A stretch of 64,000 nucleotides of DNA from Felis catus (lineage: Eukaryota), in assembly GCF_018350175.1 (NCBI RefSeq), contig NC_058368.1, forward strand, positions 162,752,001-162,816,000, written 5' to 3'. How positions within the stretch are numbered: position 1 is the first letter of the stretch; the number at the start of each line of letters is the position of its first letter. The notes beneath the pieces were generated by a model. It was not told the DNA's origin. It did no database searches and saw nothing but the letters and a program-made list of their open reading frames with translations. Both the position numbers and the translations under genes were made by a program. Below are positions 14,201 through 27,560 of the stretch, piece by piece.

Positions 14201-17200
14201 AAAGTCAAGTATATTCCAGATAGGCAATATTAAGACACTTTCACATACATGATCACATTTAAACCTCATATATCTGGGGTTCAATGAAGTAGCTTTTCCA
14301 ATGTCATAGAAGTAACAATGTTATAAGAACTGAATTAGTTTTAGAACCAGTGGTCAATATATGAACCAAATGAACCTGAGTCTATTTTCTTTACACTCAA
14401 ATTGTCTTAGGGATGGCAAATTTCACAATATAATACATACCTTAGGATGGACACAGTTATAGGAGTACCAGCCATAAATGTAAAGATAATTGTAGCAAAG
14501 AAAATGCCAAGGAATATGGGCAAATTTGCACATCGACTTTCACACTTTCCAGCTTTAGCTTCAGAAATAAAACTTGCCGAAGTAGGAGTTATTTCTGTAT
14601 TCCTTGCAATACAGGAACAATTGTAATATTCCTACAAATATTAGACATGATGATATTGCACGTGCTTATCTTGAAAACATATTTTATCATTGTAAGTTAG
14701 GTGATTTACAGACATGGCAATCATTTTACACAATCTTAATCTTTGAACAACAAATAATGCTACAAAAGAGTAATTAACTCTTAAGAGATTAAGTAAGTGA
14801 AAATAAAGGACAACATTTATGAAGTAGAATCATCTGTATTTGAGTAGTGTTCACTGCTTCAACTTGTAAGCTATTACTGACTCATAACTTATAAAATAAA
14901 TGGACAAGAATATACCAATTATCTGACCTCACCTTCCAGACTACTTTTAATAAATCATATTTGTTCAAATTATTTTCTTGCTTTCTTTTCCATTATAGAA
15001 GGTAAAGAAGCACACTATCTACGATAGTTTGAAAGGACAAACACTATAATTTTAACAAATGTCACCGCAAAGTTAACTAATATATCACAAGTCTCTAGGA
15101 AAAAAATATGTTGCTTTCAAGTAAACAACTTTACTATCATCTTCTGAACTTTCTGTAATTGCTTTACTAAAAGCAAGTTCTATCCCTTCTAAGATGACAT
15201 ATTTATGACAATGATAAGCTGGAAGTTATTGCTTCATTATCCTAAAGGCTATTTTATATATAAATATATAAGATTAACTATTTAATATATACTTACATAT
15301 AAATTAATAATATGAACTGTTGGAAGGTAACATGTTAGAAGATTACAATTATTACTTTTGTAGGAAAGAAATTCAGAGTTTAGGGGTGCCTGGATGGCTC
15401 AATTGGTTAAGCTTCCGACTTCGGCCTAAGTCATGATCTTGCCATTCCCAAGTTCAAGCCCCGCATTGGGGTCTGTGCTGGCAGCTCTGAGCCTGGAACC
15501 TGCTTCAAATTCTGTGTCTCCTTCTTTCTCTCTTCCCCTCCCCCATCCTCACTCTGTCTCTCTCTCTCTCTCTCAACAATAAATAAACATTAGGGAAAAA
15601 AATCAGAGTTTAAGAAGTTTGTTAGGCATAATTACTTTTTAAATGTTTTTTTACAGCTCAATTGCATTCTTACTATAAATCTTTTTACAAGTTTAAGGCC
15701 TCAATAAAGTCATAACAGAGCCATAGAAGTCAAAGGGAAATAGTACTTTTTTTTATTCTAAAGGCCAGAGACCTTTTTTCAGTGCTAAAGCTAATCTAAG
15801 GCCAGTGGTACTGACACAGGATATCCAAATATGCAGACGACACTCCCAAAATGGAATATTACATACTCAGCACCTGGATATATCAAATAACGAAGAAATG
15901 TAGCCTTTAAAATTTTAAGAGAAAAGTATTTTCTATCTTGATGAAACTGTATACCTCTCTTAAATAAAAAAGTATACAATTTTACCTGCAATATACCTAG
16001 CTCTTACTCAACATTTGCTTTGTTGTTTGGGTCAGTCAGTGTAAAAATATAAGACTAATATTTCTGTGAACAAATGTGCATAGGTATTTACTGTATTATT
16101 ATCAATGCATTTTGCCTATCTGAAATATTCCATAAGAAAAAAATCTTGTGAAAAAATGAGTTGTGACATGGACCAGATAGACATGAAAAGCCAGAACAAA
16201 TAGAAAATTTGTAAGTCAAAATAACTTGCTTTTCCTAAACAATCACTAGAAGACAATTTGCTATTTAAGATGGAAATTACAGTACTTGAGGAAAAATATA
16301 AATATCAAATTAATCATATCAAAATAACCAATACCACTTCAAGTATGTTCTGGGTATTAAGGTTTTTTTTTTTCTTTTTTTGGTTTCCTTATGCAGGATA
16401 ATATTTATGCCTAACATTTTTAGTTATGGGAGTAAAAATCTACAAATATCTTTTTGTTGTAATCTACTGATTAGAGTTATTCAATAGCCCTTAGCAGTCA
16501 TATTTTATACACAAGAAAATGTTACCTACATACCTACCTCTGAAAGTAATAGTTACCTATCATTCAGATACTTCTGATTCTGTAACATGCATCATGCTCA
16601 TTTGTGGAATTTGATCCCTTATAAGTAACACAAACACCTAATTTTCTCAATCTGTTTTAAAACTAAAGGAAGCCCAGATGTCTACTAGTTTGAAGGCATG
16701 ATAACCCTGAGACCTGAGATCTTAAAAATCTTCTGGAGGCCATTTATTTTTCATAGGTACTTTATGGTAATGATCTAGTTTTATCCCATGGATTAAAATT
16801 GCACATATGGTACCCCAGTCTGTTAGGTCTACTATGATTCACCACAGATATTTTTTGACACATTTTTCAATGTTCTTAGATGATCGTTTTAAAATCTATA
16901 AGCTAGGTAATATGGAAAAAAATGTACATTGTTCCTCATATTCTCACACACCCTGCAGGAAGATCAAATCCTAGTATGTTCAGATAAATTTCTAATGTAT
17001 TTATTACACAGAAAATCATTAAAGATATGTGTACATGTATATGCACACATATATTTATGTGTGTGTTTATGAACATATAAATGCATACAACCACACACAT
17101 ACACACACAAACACATCCAAGTTGGCTTTAGAAGAAATCTGAAGTAACTTTATAGATTCTTTCAATTAGCTTTTTCTACTTATTTATGTATAAATCTTTT

Positions 17201-20200
17201 CTTACAATCTTAAACTTATCTTTATATGGTAAAAGAAATGCCATTCCACTAGTCTACATTTCAAATATTCAAGATTGTACTGTTTTGTCATAATTGTTAT
17301 GTATCTTACTCATTGTGGTCTCTTATTTCACAGTATGTATTTCTCTCAGATCTTTTTAAAGTTATCACATTATGTATAAATCCATAACATATTATGTACT
17401 ACTAATAATCTGAATGCTATTTTTCCCCAAACTCTTAAATTTAGCTAAGATGAAATCTTTAGATTATAGATATAGTACAATAAAATTCTATTGGATCTTC
17501 TTAAACTATTTAGCTGTTTAAAAAAATCATATCTAGGTAAACTAATATGCATTCTAACCTAGAATTAAAAGTAAATTTGTATTTGAGAATTAATGATTTG
17601 GGGCATTTTAAAATGAATCTGTGGTGCATCAAATAAGAATAATAAATATTTATTATGTTTCTAATATATACACTGTAATTAGTAAGAAAAGAAGTTCCCT
17701 GACTTCTAGGGGCATAAAGCATGGTTGAGAAAATAACACAATGTAAAAAGGTAAATAATATTTCATTACTATAATAGAAGTGATGTAACAAGATGTAGGT
17801 GATTAACTGCCAAATTTATTTTTCAACATTTAATGCATCTGAAATATAAAGGAAGAAGAGTCTTTTCCAGCAGGAGTGCTTAGTGTCTTTAAAAAACAAA
17901 AAAATGTATATATGCATACACACACACACAATTAAGAACACTGTGCATGAGCTCTACCCTCTTAACAAATTTAAAGTGTGTAATACATTATTGTTGACAA
18001 TACATACAATGTTGTATAGCAGATCACTAAAGTTTATCCATCTAACTTTGACTGAAACTTTATGCTGGCTTCTGAATGAAGGAGGTGGGCCAGCAAGGGA
18101 AGAACAGACAGGTACTACATAACTCCACTAGAAGGACAAAGAAGGTCATCCATAAATGTACAAACACGCTACCTCATTAAGGTAAAGCAGAAGACCCAAG
18201 TTACCTTTGGCTGTCTTTTTAAAAGAGAATTTTTACAACCTGCAAAGCAGGGAGAGAAATACTGGACCCCATCTCCTCCACAGACAGGATAATAATATGG
18301 TTGAAAGCAGTTACAATCGGCATTACAAGGAGCAGTCAAGTTTCCCAGTTCTCCTGTCCTGTCATCAAGAAATGAAATGAGGCAAATTATCTATATTGTA
18401 ACTTTTAATGAACACTTCAGAAGCATTGTTAGATCTTGCCCTTCAGTCATTTATTTACTCACTCAACACATACTTAATTACTGAATGAATAAAACAAATC
18501 AAATGTCTGCCTTTTCACACAAAATTTAATTTCTTGTGGGAGAGAGAGTCAGCATAAACAATACTTATATAATACAATGTGTCTCAGTGATAAGAAAAAC
18601 AGGCAGAGTAAGCAAATAAAGCAGGGTTTCTCATTAGGTACTATATTATTCTTTGAAGGGGTAGCAGGGAGGGAGTGCTGCTTTTGTGGATTATAGGATG
18701 CCTAGCAGCATCCCTGGCCTCTACCCATTAGATGCCAGTAGTATCCCTCAGTTATGATAACTAAAATGTCTCCGGACATTGCTAAATTTCCCTAGAGTGT
18801 GGAAAATTTTACATCTACAAGGATGAATAAAATAATGGTTTTCAAAATACTCATACTCATTTTATCAGTGGGAAAACTAGGGCCCAGAGAGATTAAGCTT
18901 TCTATCTTCACCAAATATTCCTGGTTCCCAGGCTCAGTTTTGTTCCACGCTGCCTTTTAATAGGATGCAATATCTTTGATAACATCGTTATGTTATTGTC
19001 AGGGTTACCCTAACCAAAGATACTTCTCCAATCCCTGTTTGTTCATCCATTCAACCAATAAACATTGAGCAAATGCTAGGCCCTATGCTAGGTATCAGGA
19101 ATACAGCTGAGTAAAGTAGTTGCTGTCCTCAAAGATTTCACAGTATAGGAGTAGAGATAGACACAGAAAATTATACACTAATATGGTGAACATGGTTACA
19201 GGTATTTGCAAAGTGTACTTTAGAAGCACTGAAGGACAAGCTGAAGTTTAGGTGAGAGTCTTTAGGAGCTACTACCTGAGAAAGTCTTAAAGGATGAGCA
19301 AGAGTTAGCTGGATACATGGGGAATGTGAAGGGCACTTCAGAAAAGCTGGTACAAAAGCATAAAGGTGAGATATAGCTTCCTATATGGACAAATATGAAT
19401 GATGTCTGGGGCAGTGAGTGATCAGAAACAAAGTTGAAGAGGGGTCAGAGACCAGATAAATAAAGGCCTTATCGACCTGTTAAAAAAACAATGGGTTTTA
19501 ACCTATTTTTGAAAAGGTAATCAAAGTATTTTTACACTGGAAAGTGACACTGTCAAAAGCACATCTTAGAGAAATAATGCTAGGAGTGATGCAGAGTATA
19601 AATGTGAAGGAAGGAGACCAGTTATAATATGCCAAACAGTAATTTATGACAATCGACAATATATAGGGGAACCAAAATAGAACATTTGATTAAAGGAGAC
19701 AGATTTGGGAAATATTTTGGCTGATTCTGGATGTAGAATCATCTAAAATATTGGGGGTAAGATTTGGTGTTTGAAGATGGGTATAGGACAAAAGAGTCAA
19801 GAAACTATTATTAGAAAAATAGTCAATGCTTGAAAAGCTTATTAAATGCTCTTAATATATACATATTGTTTTTAAAATACATAACACATTTTAAATTTCC
19901 TGAATATTTAAAATATACACGTGTATAAACACACTCACCCATACCACATACTGTCTAACTTGGTGTTTTGGTAGAAAAAGAGAACTAGTTTGGGGAGGAC
20001 ATGATGAATGAGGTTTTATACATACTGAGGTTTAAGAGTATCAGAATTTGGTGAAGAAATATGGCCTGGAGCTAGATATCTAATATCGTTTGCATATAAA
20101 TGTGGCTGAAACCATGATAATGATAAGATTAGCCATATAAGGAGCATAGAGCAAGAGAGTAGAGGTCTCAAGTGTCCATTTATTTCATGAATACATAGTA

Positions 20201-23200
20201 AGCTCCAATATTGTGCTAGACTCTACTCAAAGTGATGGACACATATCTAAAAGAAATAAATAGAAAAAGGGAGGGAGGAAAGAAGGAAATGGAAAAGGAA
20301 GGCAGGCAGGTAGGGCAGAAAGAAAAGGATAATAAAATCCCTCCTCATCACCATGAAGCTAACTTCCTTGCTTTCCACTGCAGGTCAATATCAGTAAATG
20401 AGTGATTTATCTAAGGATTATAAGAGAATAACTGCTATGTTGGAAAATGATATTTAAGGGGTAGGTGGAGAATAAGGAGTCAAGAAAGAGTAAAGGAGAG
20501 AAAACAAATTGGAAACAAATCAGTGGAAGTTGGAAGAAAAGGTGATCAAAGAGTGAATTGTAAATAATTCATTACTCTGCCTGGAGTCTCTTCCTCTAAT
20601 CAATTCCATAGGCTGCTGCTAGATTTCTTTATCAAGCACTATTTTACCCACAAAAACAAGCATTATAGTCTACCTACAACTAGCTTACAATATAGATACA
20701 GAAGTAAGGTGACTACAGAAATACTACCCCTTCAATTCTAGAAATGGCATCTACACATTTTTAAACTTAACTTTTCCAACGTAAAATTCTTACACTATCA
20801 ATATGTGATTACTAAGAACATGAAGGTGTATGACAGTATGATGCAAACTTAAGTAGAAACAGAGAAATGTAGCATATATTCCTTTTAGTTAAGTGTATAT
20901 AAACTACTTAAGCCTATATATTTTATAAAGGTTAATTTCATGAGGTAAAGGGGAAACTATTATTAGAAAAATAGTCAATGCTTGAAAAGTTTCTTAAATG
21001 CTCTTAATATATACATATCGTTTTTAAAATACATAACATATTTTAAATTTCCTGAATATTTAGGGGCGCCTGGGTGGCGCAGTCAGTTAAGCGTCCGACT
21101 TCAGCCAGGTCACGATCTCGCGGTCCGTGAGTTCAAGCCCCGCATCAGGCTCTGGGCTGATGGCTCAGAGCCTGGAGCCTGTTTCCGATTCTGTGTCTCC
21201 CTCTCTCTCTGCCCCTCCCCCATTCATGCTCTGTTTCTCTCTGTCCCAAAAATAAATAAACGTTGAAAAAAAAAATTCCTGAATATTTAAAATATACACG
21301 TGTATAAACACACACACCCATATATGTGAGCAACACATTTATAACAAATAATAGAATTTAAATGTCAATTTCTTATTTGAATCCCAACTATTCTATAATT
21401 ATGTCTCTACTGTAAGGAAAGATTTCCCTAAACCTATTATAACATCTTAATAGGTATGCATCTTTAAGGTGCTGTTTCAGATAAGTAAAGCAATTCTCGC
21501 TATAGACCAGACAGAGAAAAAATACTGTGTGTACTAACTACAGTATTTCATATTTCACAAGGTTCTAAGTAGAAAGTAAAACACAAATCACAATTATCAA
21601 CACTGATTACCAGAACAAACCCAGAGTCAAGGCAATATGAGAACAGTAGGAAGCTTTAATAACTAATATATTTCTAGAAATGACAGTCTGCTTTCAATTG
21701 TTGTGTCCACATTAAACATTTAATAATAAATTAATGTAAAATATTACAAATATTAAAAAATACCCTCTGAAATGATTAGTATTGTTAATCTTAAGGTTTT
21801 TTTTTAAAGTTTCATTCATTTTTGAGAGAGAGAAAACATGTGCGCATGCACAAGTGGGGGAGGGGCAGAGAGAGGGAAACACAGAATCCAAAGCAGGCTT
21901 CAGGTTCTGGGCTGTCAGTGCAAAACCCTAATGCAGGGCTTGAACCCACAAACGGTGAGATCATGAACTGAGCTGAAGTCAGATGCATAACTGACTGAAC
22001 CACCGAGGTACCCCAATCTTAAGTTTTTAATATATACTATTTAACAGGATTTTAAATGAACCTATCAATAAGCCTAATTCATTAATTCATAGTTGCAAAG
22101 CTGTGTTTAACAACCATAACTTCTTTTTCCTCATAACTAACAAGGTATGTTTTGTGCTCCTTAGTCTGTTTCTCCTTCCATATACTACTTTTTTTTTTAA
22201 TATATGTGTTTGTTGGATGAGGCTATAGTGAGTAAACTATCTATGGTATGGACATTTTAATATGCAGTGTACAGAGCTAACATGAAGAATTTGAGGGGCA
22301 CCTGAGTGGCTCAGTTAAGCGTCTAACTCTTGATTTCTGTTCAGATAATGACTTCACAGTTCCCGCATTGGAGCCCCGTGTCAGGCTCTGCACTGACAGT
22401 GTGGAGCTTGTTTGGGATTCTCTCTCTCCCTCTCTCTCTGCCCCTTCCCCACTCAAGCACATGGGTGCACACTCTCTCACAAAATAAATAAATGAACTTA
22501 AAAAAAAAAAAGAATTTGAGGCCACAGAGGAAAAAAAATTGACAATGTCTCACCTATTCTGCAACATTAAACTCTATCTCCATCTCCATTTATATCTAAA
22601 CAAATACACACAACTCAAACTGACACCTTCTCTCTTGTCTTCCCTTCTGATTAGGCAAAGGACAGCTTATCTGGTAGGAACTCTTGTTTAAGGTAGAAAA
22701 TAGCAAATAGATTCACATCCACATCATTCATCTTTCAAGGTAATTAAACTAGTGGTAAACTATCCAGAACTTTCTGTTCTAAAAGGAATATACAAAAAAC
22801 AAGTGGTTTCTCAGGATACGTTTGGGTAAAGTTTATAGGTGTAAAGTCAGGTCTGCAGTACTTACCTGTACCTACCTTTCAACATTTCCAGATATTTTTT
22901 CATTTAGGAACATGACCTAAGTCCCATTGGAACTGGTTCCTGAACCTACCAGCCTTTACTAGGCATTTATGCCTAATATACTCCTTCTGCCTTTCCCTCT
23001 TCTCAAATTTTTAACTCTCATAGCTTAAAAAATATGTAAACCAATTTCTCTGTTATACCATGAAATTTTTTCTGAATCTAATCAAAGGATACTGAAAAGC
23101 TCTCCTTCTTTTGAATTTCATAGCCCTTTGTGTGTCTCTCATTACCTAATACATTGTTCATTTACCGTTTTTTTCCCAATCACTCCTGCTACATTGCAAA

Positions 23201-26200
23201 CTCCTTTAGAGCAGGGATTTTTCAGCCAGAGGATGTAGTAAAAAAATGTTGAATAAATGTAATAGAGGTGAACTTAACATTGCTTTAGAATGCTCAGCAT
23301 CTCATTAATGTAAGAGACTGACAGCAACTGCAAATCACAATTGTTACTGGCAAACTCATCCAACAAAGTACATTCTATTTAGGTTATTGGAATGCCATAC
23401 TCTACAGAACTGTGGAGTCCTTGACCTAGAGTACCATATCCCTTACCAGCCTCAAACACATTCAGTGAAACAATTAAAGCAACACTGCAGGCTATGAATG
23501 CACCACTATGCAACATCCTCCTGCCTGATCCGCTAATTCATGCCTTAGGATTTCAAAACTAAACATACAAGGCAAAAGTAAACATACAAAGATAAAATGG
23601 TCATACCAGTTACAGGTGGAAACATGTTTACAGGTCATAACAAGGAGTCATTTATTTCTTTACAATAACCATGAACTTCTAAAGTGGAAACAATAATCAT
23701 TAGTATAACCTAGGACTAGCTTCATTTTAATTTATCTGCAGACTATTTTCAACACCCCTAATACACTAATGTCACCATAGAGGCATCTCCATTTTTAAAG
23801 ATTTAAATCAATAGCAACATATGAAATTCTCCCTAGGATGTGAATCCTTTCAGGGCAAAGATTCTGTTACTTTAATCTTTGTATCCCTGAACATAGTTCA
23901 GGATACATTGCCCAGGATAGAATAGTTGAGTAGTTACTCTTCAACTGCTCTCCAGATAAACACCCAACATTTAATAAGATGTCAAATTATTTAAACCAGC
24001 AAAACAAGAAAAAAAAAAAAAAAACCTTACATCTTCTTATATACGAAAAAGCCAATTTTTCATTATTTTATTCAAGAAAGCATATACTTGAAAATACACA
24101 CACAGCTTTTACTCTCATATCAATATCAAAAAGTACTGAAATATATTTACCCATTATATGATTCAGACACACCGGCAAAAGGCTCATTTTCACAGTTGGC
24201 ATAAACAAATACAAAACTCAGCACAAGCGCAACTAAAGATGTGAGCAAAGCAAACTTCATTGTGTTTTTACATGTCATTTTGAGTTTTGAAACAAGTACA
24301 CCACCTAAAATCTGACCAAGAGCAGCTCCAGGAATTAAAACAGCCCCTGATGAGAAAGAAGACACAGAGAGTGAGAATACAGGTGTAGTCAGTTACTCAC
24401 ATGACAAATTGGGAAACATCAAAAACAAGCACCAGTAGTGTTTTAACACATGAATGCTATCATGTGATTTATAATGTTTTGAATATTAAGATCAACAAAT
24501 ATTCTCTTTAGCTATACAGCCTCTGTATTTCATGTCCATACAACAGACTGTCTATTAACAGAAAATCTGAAACTTTTATCAAAATCAGTAGTTTAAATTT
24601 CAAGAAGTGGCTATCCAAAATGATATATTATTCTAATAAAAATTTAATGTAGTAAAGTAAAATTATTAGATTAAATCTGAACAAAGAAAAAAATGGTTTA
24701 CCTCCAAGGGTAGCTGCAAAGCTGGAAGACAATCCAAATTGATTTTCTATAAATTTAGGTAAAAATGTAGCAAATCCAGTAGTAATTAAGGCTTCTGAGG
24801 AAGTTGAAAAAACTAAACACATAAAGACAGTATTCCTCATCAAATTCTAAAGAAAAAATATAGTTCACCAAATGAATAAGTATGATTATACTGCAAAATG
24901 TAACATTAAAATGGCAGCATGATGAAATGGCAAATTTTTAATAAACACAGTATAACTATCTATAAAATTTCAGCATTTCCTCCAGCATAAAAATGAAATA
25001 TTAATAGCTTGATATATACAACATTGAGAAAATTTATATGTGGAGCACCTAGAGAATTGACAGGTGATTGATTCAACAGTAGGGTGACTGTGTCTTTATC
25101 ATATGCAAAGGATGGGATAAAGGAGGTAAAAGCCAGGTTGGAAAGGTTTTCTCCAGTATATGATAAACTTCCATACATTAAATCTACCCCTTGTCTGATG
25201 TTTTGAATTCCCATGTCTACTAAATGAAGAACTTGGTTATAAACACAGATGAGAATGGTCTCTTAGTATCAAATTTGAATTGTTCTATGAGTAAAGGACT
25301 CACTAGTTAAGAAACTTAGATAGTTATAGAGTTCAGCAATTTTAAATAGGTGGATACACTGCTGGACTTCTCAGAATCTTAAACTATCAGAGGAGAGTAC
25401 AGAGATTAATTAATCTAATATATCTGCCCACAAAGTGAAAGCCAAATTATACTTCTGGAATATTAAGTGAAAAAAAATTTAATTAAATCAAGCAAAATAC
25501 ACACACTCACAACCACTCACAGGAGTCATGAAGAGGCAAGGCAAGAGAGTTAGAAGTTAGATCCAGATGATCTAACTTAAGAATAATAGTAGTGACAAAA
25601 AAGAGAAAAGTACCTGAATGAAAACATTCAATAATTTTTTAAAAATAATAATGGCAGAAAACATTTAAATCTTCAGGTTTAAAAAGATAATGGATTTCTA
25701 GCAAGAATTAATGGGGAAAAAAAAACTAACACTTAGGCATAACCTAATATATTGCCTGAAATCAAAGATAGATGGAAATAAAAATGAATCATACTAACTT
25801 GGATGGAACTTTTCTCAACCACAACACATTTAACTAGAAAAGAGTAAGATAACATCCACAGAATTCTAGGACTAAAAGAGTATGATCAGAAAAGGTCCAT
25901 TTAGTCAGAAATATCATTCAGTATTCAAGGATACTTAGATGCTACTCTGTCTGAGGAAAACTAGCAATAAAATACTGAATCCAGAGGGATCTGAATCAGA
26001 ATTGAGACCTCAAAGCATGAAACCATAAGAATAAAAAAAAAGCAGTAATATACATAAAAATGGTAATATACATAACAATTTATAAAATAAATAGAAATAT
26101 ATGACATAGAACATAACTATTACAGAAGAAAATCGTTGTTGGGATTAAAAATCATGAACAATGTCAGAAAAACACAAGAATGTGCCTGCATGGGAGGGAA

Positions 26201-26791
26201 TAGAGTTAAAAGGTAAGATAAATCAATTAAAAACATTTCAGGCTTTCATTTAAGGAGGAAAATGAAAATGATTGAGAAGGAAATAATTTCAAATCTTGAA
26301 AAGGTAAAATGACAAACTCCTGTATGTACAAAACTTCTATGATGCTAAATGAAAGAATGTTTTTCTGTGCAAATACAACAGAACAGACCATAACACTTGT
26401 TTCTTTAATCTCAAATTCAAACCAAGTAACCACTAACTGCCACCTATTTCACAAGGGAAAAATACTGGTTACACATTCTCTAATATATATTTATAATTTA
26501 GTGATAACTGATTACATAAAGGAAGTGGCATGGAATAATGAACTATAGTGCTAAAGAGAAACCACTGAATATTGATATTGTCATTAAGACAACTCATGTT
26601 CTTTCAACCATTCTATCCTGGAATAGTTCTCATTTACTCAAAGCATAATAAAATTAAATCTGAGGAGTTATTTATTTATAAGAGCTAGAATTATAATAAG
26701 CAAAAATGCATTGTGAAAATATGTATATATACTTATTTATATGTATATATAATATAAATATCTACCTATATATGTGGAGGAGGGTGTGTGT

Positions 26792-26880
<89 letters not shown>

Positions 26881-27505
26881 CAAGCATGAATATGTATAGT
26901 GTTATTTTACCTTTAGGGCAGCTGGAAAATCTTTAAAGCTTTTTCCAAAACTCTCCTCAGTGTCTTTTAAGGAACTACTCTTATCCTGGTGAGTCTGGGA
27001 AATTCTTTCACCTTGAATTTTTGCTGTACCTAAAAAAACAGTAAATGTACTTCTTCTATCACTTCATTCTTCATTTTTTTAATGCTTACTTTTAATTTTT
27101 TTTTAATTTTTTATTCTGAAGTTAGTTAACCTACAGTGTAGTCTTGGGTTCAGGAGTAGAACCCAGCAATTCGTCACTTACATATAACACCCAGTGCTCA
27201 TTCCAACAAGTGCCTTCCTTAATGCCCATCACCCATTTATCCCACCTGCCCCACCCCCATCAACCCTTAGTTTGTGCTCTGTATTTAAGAGTCTCTTATG
27301 GTTTGCCTCCCTCTGTTTTTATCTTATTTTTCCTTCCCTTCCCCTATGATCATCTCTTAATTTTCTCAAATTCCACATGAGTGAAATCATGTGATATCTT
27401 TCTCTGACTGACTTATTTCGCCTAGCATAATACCCTCCAGTTTCATCCATGATGTTGCAAATGGCAACATTTCATTCTTTTTCATCCCTGAGTAGTATTC
27501 CATTC

Positions 27506-27560
<55 letters not shown>

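Noticed and set aside
18351..18360. Alternative acceptor CAG 5 nt inside exon 9
   Set aside because: Out of frame; the upstream CAG gives the conserved YNGTGELG junction
20982..22553. Recurrent ORFs with GAWVAQSVK / REREGER-type peptides (also near 28615, 38317, 50350, 58720) as a small-protein family
   Set aside because: They are translations of Can-SINE copies
24960..25214. ORF ending GGNAEIL as candidate SLCO4C1 exon 6
   Set aside because: Superficial resemblance only; it ends in a stop, and the real exon 6 is at 26911-27029 with correct phases
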